64,000 nucleotides of DNA from Haplodiscus bocki. Taxonomy: Eukaryota. Both the position numbers and the translations under genes were made by a program. Location of the stretch: NCBI GenBank assembly GCA_965655095.1, contig OZ296650.1, forward strand, positions 133,982,001 to 134,046,000, read 5' to 3'. Under the pieces are notes generated by a model, which was not told the DNA's origin, ran no database searches, and saw only the letters and a program-made list of their open reading frames with translations. This document shows, in pieces, positions 1 to 14,025 of this stretch (the stretch's first letter is position 1; every line of letters starts with the position of its first letter).

Positions 1-1113
1 TCTTTAATCGCTGCAAAGAAGTACATAGTGGTGAAACACTTCAATTCACAAAAGTAACGATAATAAAAAAGCTTCTCATAAAACAAATGATAGAGCGTTT
101 AATGACTTGAAAGAAAAAGTGTTCACAGCTTCCGTAACAAGGAATATGGAATGGATTTGAAAGGTGCCGCGCTACAAATGAACTCCGCTGCTATCTCTTT
201 ATGTTTCCAGGCCAGTTTGTAGAACATGGGTTGCTGGACAACCAACTCATATACGTTCATCTAACAAACAACATTCTAATTGAGAACTTGCGTCGGCGGT
301 TGCTGAGCAACCAGCAAAACAAAACATGAAAGCTAAATTGCCTCCGTCAGCTATAAAAAAAATAAATCATTATATGAGTCAGAATTAACATCTAAAACAG
401 CTCACAGTCAGTGATACAATCACAAAACATAAACAGCAATGTCACATTGTAGAAACCCCGTCACATTCTCTTGCAGTTGACAATTTTTTCAATAAATTTC
501 TGCACTGATTACCGAACAAAAAGTTAAACCCCTATAGCGTCTGAAATATTGGAAACAATCTCCCAAAAACATCAAAACAGCTCCTTCAGTGTAATTACAG
601 ACACATGTCAAAACAAATTATGGCGGAAAAGGATTGTATGATTCTTTCAATTACCGTGTGATATAATTGTGTACGTTATTCCATAAAGTATCATAGCATA
701 AAAGTTCGATCACGAATCTAAACAAAGTTACTCAGTGAGTCCAATGAAAAGGTGATAAAAATGAAAACGACATCCCGTTACAAAATTAATCTTCCAACTA
801 TTACAACACATCCTCTTTTTCAAAGGTTGGCTCAAAACCAACAGCAAACAATGGCAAAGAATCAAATCAATCAACATGATTGGCTACAAAAATTATTTGC
901 TGAAAAGTTGGTTTCGGACAAACCAATGTTCAGGAATACTTTTGAAATACAATCGGTTTTCTCGATGGCAGTTTTACAAAAGTCTAAATCGTTGTAGACA
1001 ATTACATATGAACAATCAAATAAACACTAAAAATTCTGCATGCAATCACATTCCAGGGCTGTTTCGATACCTGTAACTTTATACAAATCCATAAGAACAT
1101 GGCATTCTGACAA

Positions 1114-4100
1114 CTAATCTGCAAGCGTTAGCATCACATTCGAATATTTGTGATTAACCATTGCTCTTTGCCAATCCTGTTCGAAAGAGTAACGGCTTCG
1201 GGAAACAGCGTTGGAAAACCCCGTCACGTAAGCAACTAAAGCCCAGGGTCTTCTTTCAACAGGCTTTGTAAATGCGCTCCCATTTCCCGAATTATGCTCC
1301 TGCAATCGTCGCCGCAACGTCTTACAGCTTCCAATGTAAAAAAGTTCCCTGCGTTTAACGCTCACCAACAAATAACAGTAACCAATTGCCGAAAGGGGTA
1401 CATCAAAAACACGTAAGGGAAAGGGATAAAATGTCTGGATCGCTGAAACACCGGAATTACAACTGCCACGAGACGACAAAAAGTTATCTATCAAAGGTAC
1501 CAAATGGCTATCTTTGCGGCAAAGAAGATTAATTGCATCAAGTGTACGCTGCTTGTCACCGACAAACGTTATATGGGAAAGATCAGTGACCCGACTAACA
1601 ACTACATAAAGCTGCTCTTTCAGCCAGTAGGAAAATTTTTTACCACCAACAATCTGTGTTGCCAAGCTTGGAACAGTGTCACCCATTATTTTGTGAACCG
1701 TTGACGCCACATACATTTTCAAAGGAAACTGAACACGTCTGCAAACGGTAGAATTGCTATACTTATGGAGAACGCCAATTCTTTTACGAACAACTACAAG
1801 TCTCCAGGAATTAACGTCCGGGTTATTAGATGACACAGACCTTACTCCGGCTGGTGCAACTCTCACAACAATATGAGGATCATTTTCATCGAACGATTCA
1901 ACTAAACACAATTGTCCCTGGAACAGTTTCAGCGATGGCAAATTGCAAGTTAAGCGCAATACACACCCAACATGTATAAACAAAGACTCTGGCTCAAGGC
2001 AACTTCGGTTGAGGAACTTGCTGACGGGTGCTGTTGCGGTAACCCAATTCTGGGTTCCTGTATTTGACATTTCATCCTTGCAATGGAAAGACACACTCTG
2101 TATGTTTTGATGTGTTGTCACAAACGATATTCTCTCTTCCACGGCCTCTTTTTCCGCAACTCGCGTACTGAACACTCTCAAAATATCCAGAGGGACTTCC
2201 GTCCACGTGCTTACAAAAATACAGAACTTGTCAATGATCTCACAACACTCCTTAATACATGCTTCTGTCACAGGATATTCAGACAGCAAATCCAGAAGTC
2301 TCTTTCCTTGCTGGTTCTGCATCCTCACATAGTGCTTCAAATACCGAACCTCGAAATTAGCTAACACCGAGTTGCTCAGCAAAAGGAACGTTCCCGTAGG
2401 AGGCGGAAGTTGACGAAAATCACCTGTGCAAATAACAATCTTTCCTCCAAAAGGAAGATTGTTTTCAGACACGGCTTGCAACACATTGTCCATTGCGGAC
2501 CAAAGTTCAGCTGAAATCATTGAGACTTCCTCGACAAATAAAACATCCAACCTCTCCAAAAAAGTAAATTTTAGAGGATCTCGGGCAAGAGTGTTCAATG
2601 TATGCGAAACTAGATGAGTCACCGTTCCATTTTGAACGACAGGGAAAGGGATTAAAGCGTTTATGTGTCTTCCGCCGAAAAGTGAAGCTCTCTCCGCAGC
2701 GACACTAGTTATGACGCATCTCAATCCCCTAGCTAGAGCCGCGATCACACAATGGATCAACACATGGCTCTTTCCTGTACCTGGTGGACCAACTATGAAC
2801 TGATGTTTAATAAAGGCAGTCGTACAAGAACAATAATTATCGTACAAAGAACAAACGTAATCCAAAATATTCTGTTGATCATGCAATGATTCGTCAGTCT
2901 GGTTGCGCGCTTTATGTATCTTCTGGCTCCAAGTAAAAGGACGTGCTAAGGTGGCGTTCATCAATTCTGCATACGTTGGTAAACCAACATAACCCCCATT
3001 GGCAATGGCACACAGAAGACTCTCTTTCTGCGCATTTAATTCGTGTGAAATATTGCTGTCACTCTGCTGCACAATACTCTGTTCTAAGACGCGAGGTGTT
3101 GAGCACGGAAAAACGACCGAATTATTTTGTGCTGCTTGCTGGATGCACAAATAGGCACTCGTAACAAATCGATCTAGTAAAGTAGATGATCCTGGATAAT
3201 AGCGTAATTGTTCAAGCACAAAGCGCCGAACAACATCAATAACTTCGGAATCTTCGCATCCCAAATGAGACCTCGCTAAAGAAGCCTCAAAGAACGCAGA
3301 TTTCATATTCGATTGAGAAAAAATGTCAAGTTCGGTTACGTATTCTCCAAGAGACAACAGAATGTGGGTCAAAAAATTGGTTGTGTTCCTCGGAACAACG
3401 TTCGATAAAACTACTTGAGTTTGACAAACCTTTTTGTCATAAATGAACTTGTGACTTGAACTGCTCGTTGTACATGCAATGGCTTCATGACATTGCCTGG
3501 AGAAACGACGGACCCCACTAGAAAAGTTGCGACAGTAGTTGAAAAAAGCTTCTTTGTACAAAGCATTAAGGTATATGCAATAGCCGAGGCCATCCACCCA
3601 ATATGATTTGGTTACATTTCTCTTTAGTAAACTTTCTGGTGTCAACTTTGAGGGCTTTCGGAAGCGGCAGAACCAAGTAAAATAGTTTTCCACTTTGAGC
3701 ACAAAAGTTAGTTCAGGGGGTCGTACACCAAAAACTGTTATCTTGTCTGGAGAAAGAGAACTTTTTTCTGCATCAATTATCAGCAGCTTCTGATTAACCG
3801 TGAAGCAACGGTGAGGAGGAAAGTCCTTGCTGTGTCTAATGGAACTCTGGCGCCCAAAAAGAGGACCCTGATTGCTACTAGAAAGCCTGCATTTCGGTTC
3901 AATGACTATTCCAGCCCGTTTCTCTCGCGGGGCAGTGACAACATGAATGAATTGTATATTGGTCACCACGTAAGGAAATCGCAATGACCACCACACGGAT
4001 TCCGTTAAACTCAAAATGCGAGAGTTCAAACACTTTTTCTTTGGCTTTTCCTCCTTGCTCATATTGGTCAAGTATACCCCAGCGATTTTGTTGTTCACTT

Positions 4101-7100
4101 GTTGATCAACATGGAAGTCATACAAATCTGTTGCACTTGACGTAGAAATAGAAACTTCGGCGCGTTCCTCCACGCCTGCAACATATTTTGACAGATAACG
4201 GCTACTCATGTAAATGTCGCAAATTTGTAGATTGGTGCTAGATCGGACGAGGGCAAAAATTTTGGCGTTTGTTGGAGAAGTGTGCGTGTTACTTTCTGTT
4301 GGATAATGATGCTTGCCACCACAAAGGCGCTGATCAATGGTGACAGAACAATCAAAGTCACTCGACTCAGCTAATCCGATGTTCTTCAAAACTGCTATCG
4401 TTTCCTCAGACAGTTCTTTGTGAATACATTTGTAGGTAAAATTAGCAGAAGGAGGGTATTTGGGCACGCGGCACGTTTTTCTTTTCAATTTGTCAGTTTT
4501 TTTCTGACAACGAAATTTAGCTTTAAAACAGCTGTGTGATTGGTAACGGTTGAACAGATCTCGTAACTCGTTCAACTCATCCAAACTATAATTGTGCGAA
4601 CCAACTTCAGTCAATAAATTCCCCAGAAACGTTGTTGCCGAGCAACAAATTCTAGACCTTACTGCTTCACTAAAGCAATCTTCTGCCGTCCAAATCAAAG
4701 CATGTACATGAGGGAACCCACAAGCTTCATCTTGAAACTCATACCGATACCAAATCTTATTAACCTTTCCCAATGGCTGCTCGGGTGACGTTTCAATGTA
4801 CTTCATGACAAGACGAGAAGCTCGTTCCCACGCTCTCAACATGGTGACCATTTCAGATTGAATCGCTGATTTTCGGACCTCCTCTTTACAGACGTCTTTC
4901 GGAAACTTTGCGTCCAACGCACTAAAAATCTTCCTCAAGCCAGGATGCGTTGACTGCCCACAAGTGTAAGTGAAAAAATATGTAGCTGGTCGTTCTTTCA
5001 AAGCTGCTCCCAATTCATTGACATTCTTCCGAGAATCGCATTGATCAAAAAAAATTGCCCCTTCTCGCATGGCATGTACATTTTTTCGTTGCCGAGCGGC
5101 TTCACTCCAACCTCTGTTCAATACTATTCTGGTGTCATTGACACGCAGCTGTAGGTTAAATATTGTGTCAAATACGTATTGGACGTAACGAGGATCCGTT
5201 GACGTCAACAGAGACGAATCTTTCAAGCGCGTTTGTAAATGTTGTTCTAAGCTAGCGAAGCCGAGCAATTCGTTTTGTTTGTGATCATTATACAAAGGAG
5301 ACGGTATTGCACCCGAATAACTGCCGTCTGTATTTTGGTGCCAAAAGATGGACGGAAACAACATGGCTTCCGGCTGAAGCAAAGGGACAGAATTAGGGGG
5401 CGACGTTGCAGTGATATTCTCCAGAAATCTCTTATGTCTAGCTGCAACATACAACGGAGACCCTTTACTCCTTTTCAGTAAACCGCATTGACCATTCAAT
5501 AAAACATGTAGTGGGAGCTGAAAATCAGTGCTGTCTATTCGGAAATCACGTTCCAAAACAACAGTTGAATCTCCAGCAGCAGTTGTAACAGGCAGCGAAA
5601 CATGCGATCCCTCAGAATCTTCCTCTAAAAGGCCAGGGTTGGTAACAAATTCCGAGGACGCGACAGTGTTGGTAGGCGATGTGGACCGATTCTCTGAATC
5701 GACAGAAACACGGCTATAGCTACAATCATCTAACTGACTTGAGCCGCACGCTGAGTTTTTTGTGGACTCACCAAAGATCCTTTTTTTACCATCAAAAACA
5801 AAGTGCTTTTCCTGACTTTCATCTTCAGAATGCATCCTGCAAACACTTGCCAAACAACCAGACACTGGACAACGTAAAAAAGAACTTCTACCACATGAGC
5901 ATTTGAAACCACTTGAAGGAAAATCACGGGTGAGTAACAGAGAATGCTTTTTACAAAAGAATTTTCCTTGACCTGCCAGTGTTTCAAAATATTTCGACCG
6001 CAACTCACTAATATCGGCAAAGGTCTGTCGATAGTAAACACAGATATTCCAATAGTCATTAATAAAATGATCAACCGCTCTATCACAAGGCAGCCTCACC
6101 TGTTCAGGAAAAATACTTTTGCTTTTATACACCCAAAAACTTTGAAAGACACCACCATGCCTCAAAAGAATGTTATTACGAGTCGCTAAACCTTCAGTAG
6201 CAATAAATTTCAACTCGAAAACGGACTGAGCAGTTTGGAAGTTCAGAGGAGCTTTGAATTTAGAACGCAAAGTATTTACTCCCGCGTATGAAAAAAGTAT
6301 GACATTTACACCTTCAAATTCTTGAGCTTCCAAAAAATGCCAAATATCTTGACGGCTTGCCACGTTTTCATGGATGACATCATCACAAAATTGTGACACA
6401 CCGAAACTGAGACAACGAGATGGACTTTCCGGAAATCTTGTAAACAACTTCGACAATCCATCACTCATAGACGCATCCACAGTTTTTCTTGTGCAGCGAC
6501 GGAACCTTGGAAAAATTACAGGGTCCAAAAATTGCAGCAAAGGAAAAATCGCATTATCACCACCAGCTGAATCAGATATGGATCGACACAGTTGAGGAGA
6601 GATGCAAAATAAAGTTTGCAACAACGACAAAAAGTGAGTCTTGCAGCTCAAAATTTTTGGAGGAGAGGAACCAAACGAATTCGGAGGCTGAGCGAACGTC
6701 ACAGACTTGAATTTTGCGCATAAGCGTTGTCCATCAGTCAATCCAGGAGAACTGAATAAACGATACGTATCCGTTATAGACACACTTGTTGATGCGGAAA
6801 GAGAAGCAGCCGACTGTTCAATGTTCGGTTTACTTTGAATGCCTTGTCGGATTTCATCAGTTGTTTCGCCAGAAGACACTAAGCTATTCAAAAAATATTG
6901 AATATCGCTTCGGTAAAAACTACATTGAGATTCCGCCTTCACTAACAGATCCGAAGTAATATCCCAACGGCGTTGAGAGCTCAAGCGAATGCTACTAATG
7001 CCTGAATAATTACCGACAGCTTTCAGCAACTGGAAAGTGTGACTAGCGTAATTCGCTTTGGCATTCTTCAAAATACGCAAATTTGGAGCAACAAATGCTA

Positions 7101-9352
7101 ATCTGTCGTTGGTAGGAACACTGAGACGTCCCAGAGACGGGTGTGCAGGCGGGTGAAGATACTGCAGGTGAGACCCATTGTTATGCTGCACACAAGTTCC
7201 GATAACAAGGCCATATGCCCCATTAACACTGACAAAGCCGGAAACATCAAACGCATCCAAAACTTTCATTGGTTTCAACCAATCGTCTCTTGCACCTCGC
7301 AAATGGTACAAGTAATCAGAGCTGAACGATGTGAATGAAGGCAAAATCCCATTTACAAGGTGGTTGAAACCGATTCGACCTGTTTCTTCAACAAATGTGA
7401 AACAACCGAAGGGACATCTACAATTTGGATAACATTCATTATCTAAGGCTTCCTCCAAATCAGTGAAATTACCCGAATTTATTTTGTCCAGAAAAACTTC
7501 CTTCCGTTTTGTTATATCAACTAGAACAGATGGATCACCCATAGAAACAGCAGGATGCAGATGTTGACACATAGCCCAACTGTCGCGTATTTCGGGAGGT
7601 AAAAAAGAAACAAATTTTTTCATAGTACAATCTCGAATGCTGAGATCCTTCAGTAACGAATGAATCACGGAAGGCCAAGCGTACCGCCAACAATTTCCGC
7701 CATTATTGTAATTGAAACAACTTTGGCAGACCAGACAGGTAGCAGTAGGTCGCAAACCAAATCTCCTTCGTTTGATTGCTGTTTTTTCAAGAGTTTGCCA
7801 TTGCAAAGGATAAGCAGGAGTTGAAATTCGACAACATTTACCGCACATTTCTCTGTTTTGTGCTTTGTCGGCTGAAAAAGTGGACGTCAAAACACAATTG
7901 TCACTCGAGGCATCCTCATTACGACAGGCGTTATCTTTCTTCATAATCATTGTGGCTGTGCCATTGTGTGCGGATTGCGTGGATTGAATCTCCTGAGGCA
8001 GGGCATTGAAGCAAACACCTGGGCTCAACGGGTCACACTTAGAACCATTTTCTTCACATTCAATTGTCGCTAGGCTTAAACAACTGTTGCTGGGCAACAA
8101 AAGGTCGTTGTGCATACCGCCCAATCCAACAGAGGGTGATGTGAGGCCTTCATCGCACAAATGAGGCAAAACTTTAAATTCAGAACACGCACTACCTTTT
8201 GGATCAGAAGTGTTCGCATGAAATGACATTGCATTGTGATGCCGTATCTGGGAATGAACTCTGGACGCAACCATGAGGCAAACTTTGCTGTGAATTTGGA
8301 TTTTCTGCCGACAACACTGCTACCGTTTCAAAATGGTTACCTGTATGAGTATGTACCAGGAAGACAGATGGAACGTCCATTGAAGCACGATCTCCGGCAT
8401 AGCTATAAACTATCCACAATTTTGTCATGCAATGGTAAACGTAAACATCAGCCACCGCAATTTGGGCGAAAGCATAGATCTCTACACAAGTGCCATACAC
8501 ACCATTCGATCTCATTCCGGAACGATTCAAATATTCGTTCACGTTTGAAGCTGTCTCTACCACAACATTTCCATCAATGGTTGTGTAAATTTCCAGAAAA
8601 TGCGGAGCAATATCTACGGAGGGTAAAGCCAAACAAATACGCTGGCGTAGTTGTGAATGATACCAATATTGTGACCCAATTGACACCGCTAAAGCAGAGA
8701 ACAAACAATTACCGTCACCTGGAACAGGATGAGTTTGTGATGGATGCAAACTGTTCAAAGATTTGGCACCCAACAAGTGTGTGTTCAATGGTTTTGCCAC
8801 AAACGGTATTCCAAACACAATGCAAATTCTCGTCAAATTAGCGATTGTGCATGAAAAAGCTGTTGAATTCGGCACGTTCGAGAAAAGACTCATGGTATTG
8901 AATGGCGCAGAAAACAGCGACCGATCAAAATAGTCTTCACCAACTGAGGCTTTTACCATGGATGATTGGAAACAGGAGTAGTCTTTGCTGCCATAAAAAC
9001 ACCCACATGTTACGCATTTCCTGGGCTCTCTGCACAATTTCTTTTTTTTTGGCGGGCCAGGGTTGGTTTCTATACCACTTCTCAACAGAAACAAAAGTAA
9101 CATTCTGCGAGTCATCGAAACCTCATCAGAATTGCCGATCCTCATAAACTGCAAGTGATCCTGAAGACACAAAGAGACACAAAATTCCCCAACGGTGACG
9201 TCTGAGCTGAAGACTTCTCCGACATTGTTCACATAAACAATTCCATCTTTTTCCAAAACTGTCCATAAAGAAGACCAAATCATCAACAAAGTTAAACAAA
9301 GTGAGTAAACCATTTTCTGAAAATGAGATTCGTCAAAACTCTGTACACCCAT
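1114..9352 (-). pseudogene. Disrupted OTU/HUH-Rep/PIF1/GIY-YIG gene, copy A1 (ORFs 8204-9358 and 1114-8274)
   Basis: Motifs: OTU GDGNCLF...NHFE; Rep YFFTYTC, EFQ...PHVHALIW, YLSKY; PIF1 GPPGTGKS, PFGG...GDFRQLPP, QLYVVVSR; GIY-YIG CYLL...YIG...RRLQEHN. Relative to A2 it has an 11-nt deletion after 8227 (frameshift) and TAC>TAG at 1114-1116, which removes the last 29 aa. Confidence 0.85.
9053..9115 (-). other. 2A-like StopGo peptide motif (MTRRMLLLFLLRSGIETNPG|P), copy A1
   Basis: ExNPGP core preceded by a Leu-rich helix; followed by PKKKK and a CxxC knuckle. Confidence 0.65.
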
Positions 9353-10319
9353 CAACACTCAGTGGCGGCGCCTACATCTATAAAACTCAGTCAATGAAGG
9401 CTTTGAAACAGCCACATGCGTTACAGAAAAATCTTCTATCGAAAGGAACTTCAAAAACAGTTGGATCATTTGAATTCAAAAGATTCACTGCATTGAATAT
9501 TTGAAGTTCACCAGTTGAATTTTTAACTGTCTCTTCAGTGACTTTTCGTTTTTAATGCCGAAAATACCATGCTTGTGTGATTTCAGCAAGACTTGCAGTA
9601 CTTGAAAAAATGATTAGTTAAATACGATTCAAATTCAAAACAATGAGGACTGTTAGCGTTGTACACCAAACAAAACAAACTGCTGAGTAAGTATACTCTC
9701 AAAATATTCCTTGTCGAATGCCAAAGTGGTGCTTGTTGAACGCCAACCATAAACTGACCAAAAAAATTAACAATTACATAACACACTCCAACTTACAAGG
9801 CATGAAAGAGGTTCAACTCTCGTAATGCAAACGTGGAAAGTTCCAACACTGCTGATTTCTACAAAAAAACATAACAAGGAAAACGAAAGAACCTCATAGA
9901 TGCTCAGAACAATAATATAACAAACTTAAAATTTCTGGCAAACAATTGAAATGGAATGCAAAACTTATTGCCAAAACTTTTATTTTTATTTTTCAAAATG
10001 AATGACACGTAATGGAAGCATCTATTGCATTCTACAACCAACAAAGAGCCCTGATCCAAGATATAATTTATGTATGCCATTATACTTGATGAGAAAAAAT
10101 GTAGGATTATAAAATATAACTTACATAAGTAACGCCTAACTAGATTAAATTTGAGTTTAGCTGAAAAAACTGTGTCATATGAGACAAAATACTGTCAAAG
10201 TGTCAACGACCACTTGTGTAGAAGCTGCGAAACATTGTTAGCCGCATTTTACGCGCAAAACGATCAATTCCAGCGTTTTTAGGCGCTTTTTACGCGCAAA
10301 GCGATCCTTTCCCGGGAAA

Positions 10320-10925
10320 TTTTTTTTTTCTCACAAAAATATCCGTCATTTCCGTCATTTTTTTCCCGTCATATCCGTCATTTTTTTTCGGCATTTCGAT
10401 CGAAAATTTCTGGTTAACCGAAATCAATTGCCGGTTCAGTTTTGGCATCCTTAGCGAAGGCTAGCATACGAGAAAAAGTTGGTTTTGGCGATCAAAAATG
10501 ACGGAATGACGCATTTTTTGCAAAAATTTACAAATTCATCAGCGCCTATCTCCCGAACAAAAAAAGCTGGGCCAAAAATTTTTGGCATGCAAATTGTTCA
10601 AATCATTTGTGCCTCACACACAAAATTTGGGCCAATTGTATCGGGTAGATGTGGAACTAAAGCGATGAGAAGTCAAAATCGGGACAAAAAACACGATCAT
10701 TCCGTCATAACTCATCACGTTGTGAATGGAAAAAGTTTTTTCCCTCCTCCCCTTTCTCACCTCGCCATTTGAGGACCGCATGCAAATTATGAATAAATTC
10801 TATCGGGTAGGACCCGAGATCGGCTTCCCAGACCCCTAGTGCACCTAGATGAAAATTTATCGACTAATATTTAACCTCGGCAACGGGACCCTACCCGGCC
10901 TCGGATTCTAAAAAGGTTACATCCC
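10320..10925 (+). repeat. Right-terminal module (A type) with CGTCAT repeats and subterminal GC hairpin (10876-10903)
   Basis: Shares blocks CGTCAT...TTTTTTCGGCA, AAAATTTTTGGCATG, CACACAAAATTTGGG, CATGCAAA and GAGATCG in the same order with the ends of the other units. Confidence 0.8.
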
Positions 10926-10943
10926 TGACCACCCAGTGGAGGC
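10926..10943 (+). repeat. Invariant junction 18-mer TGACCACCCAGTGGAGGC (A1/A2)
   Basis: Exact match; 1 of 7. Confidence 0.97.
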
Positions 10944-12089
10944 AAAGGTACCGTTCGCTAGAGAGGCCCAGTGAATGTTGGATAGGTATCTGTGGACACC
11001 AACTGAAATGGAGTTTTGTCATAAAAGTAAAAAAAATTAACTCTCAATCTCAACAGAACAGAAGCTAAAACCGTTCAAGAAATGAACAACAATAGCCAAA
11101 ACGGAAAAATAGATCCGACTTTATCAAAGAAAAACCCCTGAGTAAAAGAACTTTTTCCAACTCCTATTGAAAAAACCAGGTCCAAAAATAACAATTAAAT
11201 TTTGAGAAGAAACATAAAACTCAAAACAGCTGTTTATGAAAAATTTCAAAGCTCCTACACGTTTTCCCATTTATAAATGTTCCTAAAAGATCGATATGTC
11301 TACATAGCAAAACGAGGCTCACACACTGCAAAATTCGCTCAACCTTCTTTACTGTCTTATTTTAAACGAGAATTTCATCTCCGTTTAATCACTGCGACAT
11401 TTTGAACAAAGACAACATAGACTTCTGTGAGCGTACCACTGACTTGGGACATCGAAATGACTTCACGGCTCATGCAAACTATAAATCGTTGCTATTCACA
11501 GTGAATCTCTTTTAGAACTTTGAACACTTTCAAAGTATTTTCATTTGTTCCTCCAACTTTATGAGTAAACTATTTGAACACGAGGCAAATCGCGAACCAA
11601 AAGTTCCTATCTAATTTGAGTACGTTAAATTTATCAATATCTTGACAAATTGGAGCAAATATATCTTCTAATACTAATGATAGCATCATTATTGAGAGGC
11701 CACTGACTTAAGAAAATTACTTCCAAAGTGCTTTACTAACATTGAAAAGCGTAGTGAAAATTTCATAAAACCTTCAACGTGGATTATTGAAGTAAATCGA
11801 ACTACTTTACAGAGAATAATGCAGGGTACTGCCATAACGAAACAAGATTTATTTAGGTGAGAGAAAAACAGTTGTTTGTTTCATTGTAAAGTTTGTGGAA
11901 AGAAGGTTTAAATGTAAAAGAGACCATGTAAAGTTGAGTTGCTAAGGCAACTGCGTTGAATTCATCGACGGCACTACAGAATAACAATAGATGTGAAACT
12001 TTCAAAAAGGAACATCCTTCTATATGTTCATTCTCATTCGACTTCAAAAAGCACATATCCGTAGGGGATTTTGAAAAATCCATAACAAA

Positions 12090-13082
12090 TCAATCGTGCT
12101 GAACATTCGGGTTGGCATGCTGTAGTGGAGGTGGCCGATTGGGCGGTTGCCGAGCATTACCAATAGTGTACTTCAAGTTGTTCGGGATTACCGAAGCTGG
12201 CATAAGACGACAAATTCGCACATGATGAACAGCTTGAGTAATTGACTCATCACTGACACTGGATTTGCTGTAGCCAGATATTCTCCAACCACCATTATCG
12301 TTGACATATGCTGTCACCCTAGTCATTGATTCACGCAACAGATTCAATTCAACCGAGCTAGCTGGCAATCGAAGAACGTCATTGCTGCAAAAGAACGATG
12401 CCAACTGATGACTTTGGGTCATGTCTCCGCTCAGGGGATCGTCCGCTTCTTCTTCCACGTCCCTAGAAATGATGCGTGCGGCGACAGTCCACGACGAAAC
12501 TGAATTCTTGTGTAAGCAAGCGCACACCGTTTCATTTCTGAGAATACGACGGTCGCACATACTTCCAGAACACGTAGGTGATATAATGTTTCCATGCAAA
12601 AACAACAAATTTCTACTGTTCAGAGTGTAATGGAACATTGCGGGCGTGCTCGGTAGGGAAATAATTGGAATTGGCGGAAAATCCTCATTGCTTACGTTAT
12701 TGATAACAACGATCGCCTGATGAGTTTCAATAATCGGATTATTTTTGTCATTCCCTAAACACGTGTTCGAATATATAGGCTCTGTAACCTCTACAACAGA
12801 ACCAACAGTCAGATGACGATCCGAAAACAGTTTAGCAGACTTCTGCGCGGAAACTGAGATGACGACAAAACAATCTTTACTATTCCATTGACCAATAATA
12901 GCCATTCTGTCATATGTCCCTTCAGGAAGTGGTCGTTTCAATTTTGTAGCTTGAGGTCTAAACAACTGAAGTGGCCGATCACTTTTTTTCAGAACCAAAA
13001 CTATCCCCCTTATTACAGTGTTCTGGCTGTTGCGCAGGAAACCTTCGCCTGTAACTTCAGCAACAGTTACTTGTCTATTCAT
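12090..13082 (-). CDS. Conserved 330 aa accessory protein (ORF2); possible OB-fold plus Cys4 zinc site
   Basis: Clear full-length homolog of 42356-43366 (RGIVLV, PLQLFRPQ, LTVGS...EP, CLGND, PTCSGxMCDRR...CxC, NGGW). The fold is an inference. Confidence 0.85.
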   Translation of the reverse strand: MNRQVTVAEVTGEGFLRNSQNTVIRGIVLVLKKSDRPLQLFRPQATKLKRPLPEGTYDRMAIIGQWNSKDCFVVISVSAQKSAKLFSDRHLTVGSVVEVTEPIYSNTCLGNDKNNPIIETHQAIVVINNVSNEDFPPIPIISLPSTPAMFHYTLNSRNLLFLHGNIISPTCSGSMCDRRILRNETVCACLHKNSVSSWTVAARIISRDVEEEADDPLSGDMTQSHQLASFFCSNDVLRLPASSVELNLLRESMTRVTAYVNDNGGWRISGYSKSSVSDESITQAVHHVRICRLMPASVIPNNLKYTIGNARQPPNRPPPLQHANPNVQHD

Positions 13083-14025
13083 TTCTTAAAAAATGCAAAA
13101 GGATGTGTTTCAAACGAGGAAGTACACGATAAAAAACACAAGTCAAGATTTGCAGTCTGATTTCTCTCAAACGGAAAAACGCCCAATGAACAAAGAAAAA
13201 TTTTTGATGAAAGAAAACTTTAGAAAATCCGTTTTTTTATTAAAGCCTAGCAACTCTTCAGTCCCGTCTATGGTACACTTTGTCTGGAATCAACTGAATC
13301 TGCAGTCATTTATCGGGTGTGTCCTCAAAACAGTTTTCCACTCCAAGTCAAAAATTGGTCGCATACCGAAAACATATAAATTGAAACACAGATAGTACAT
13401 TAAACTGAATTTCCTCTGAACTATTTCTATTTCCAAAAACAAAACAATTTACAACAGATTCCAGTAAAAAAACCTGCATGCCAAAAGGATATAAACAAAA
13501 TGCCAAAAAAGCGTTCAGCTTCAAATAACATCATCAAATGTAAAATCATAGTTCAACTAAATGAATGCAATATTGCCAATTCATTTTTTACATTTAAAAA
13601 CCATATGGCAGCACAAATAGTGCAATTAAACAATAACACCAAAACATGACAGAAATGACCGCATTACAAATATTCACGCGGTGTTAAAACACCGACGGAC
13701 TTCCTAATCATCAAGTTATCTTCATGGAGCTTGCGGTAATTGATGCCTATGCCGATTCGTGAAACTCACATCTGTTTCTTTTGACCTGCAAGAAACAGAT
13801 AATCTTGAAATAGTTCGCAGAGGACTTGCTTGTTTTCACGATGAATCGTGAAAACAAGCAAGTGCTGTTATTGAAGCATAAAAAACTCTCCAGTTAACTC
13901 TTCCAACTCCGGATTTGGTTACCAAAAACTTTAAACTATTGACACTGAGTAAAATGAATATGTTATGCACGAAATTTGTATCTACTCACTTGGTTCGGAT
14001 GTTAAATGCATCAACCGTGTAATCA

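Larger units (their letters stand above)
1..10943. mobile_element. Unit A1: Helitron-like element, family A (left part outside the window)
   Basis: Near-identical to 14995-25949 (offset 14994, rising to 15006 after two indels). Contains the Rep-helicase gene on the minus strand and ends in the terminal module plus 18-mer. Confidence 0.9.

Noticed and set aside
752-9504. Many short + strand ORFs (60-217 aa), their duplicates in A2, and antisense ORFs inside B and C
   Set aside because: They are shadow frames of the large gene or its flanks, mostly with non-ATG starts and no motifs. They recur only because the DNA is duplicated.
10479-10772. ORFs inside terminal modules and mini-elements (also 25942-28157, 59554-59823, 60726-61016)
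   Set aside because: Frames are not conserved among homologous modules; the conservation is at the nucleotide-motif level.
10900-10945. Canonical Helitron termini (5'-TC ... hairpin-CTRR-3' in an A|T target)
   Set aside because: CTAA follows the hairpin in some units but not in B (CTAT) or N3, and inter-unit homology continues to the 18-mer.
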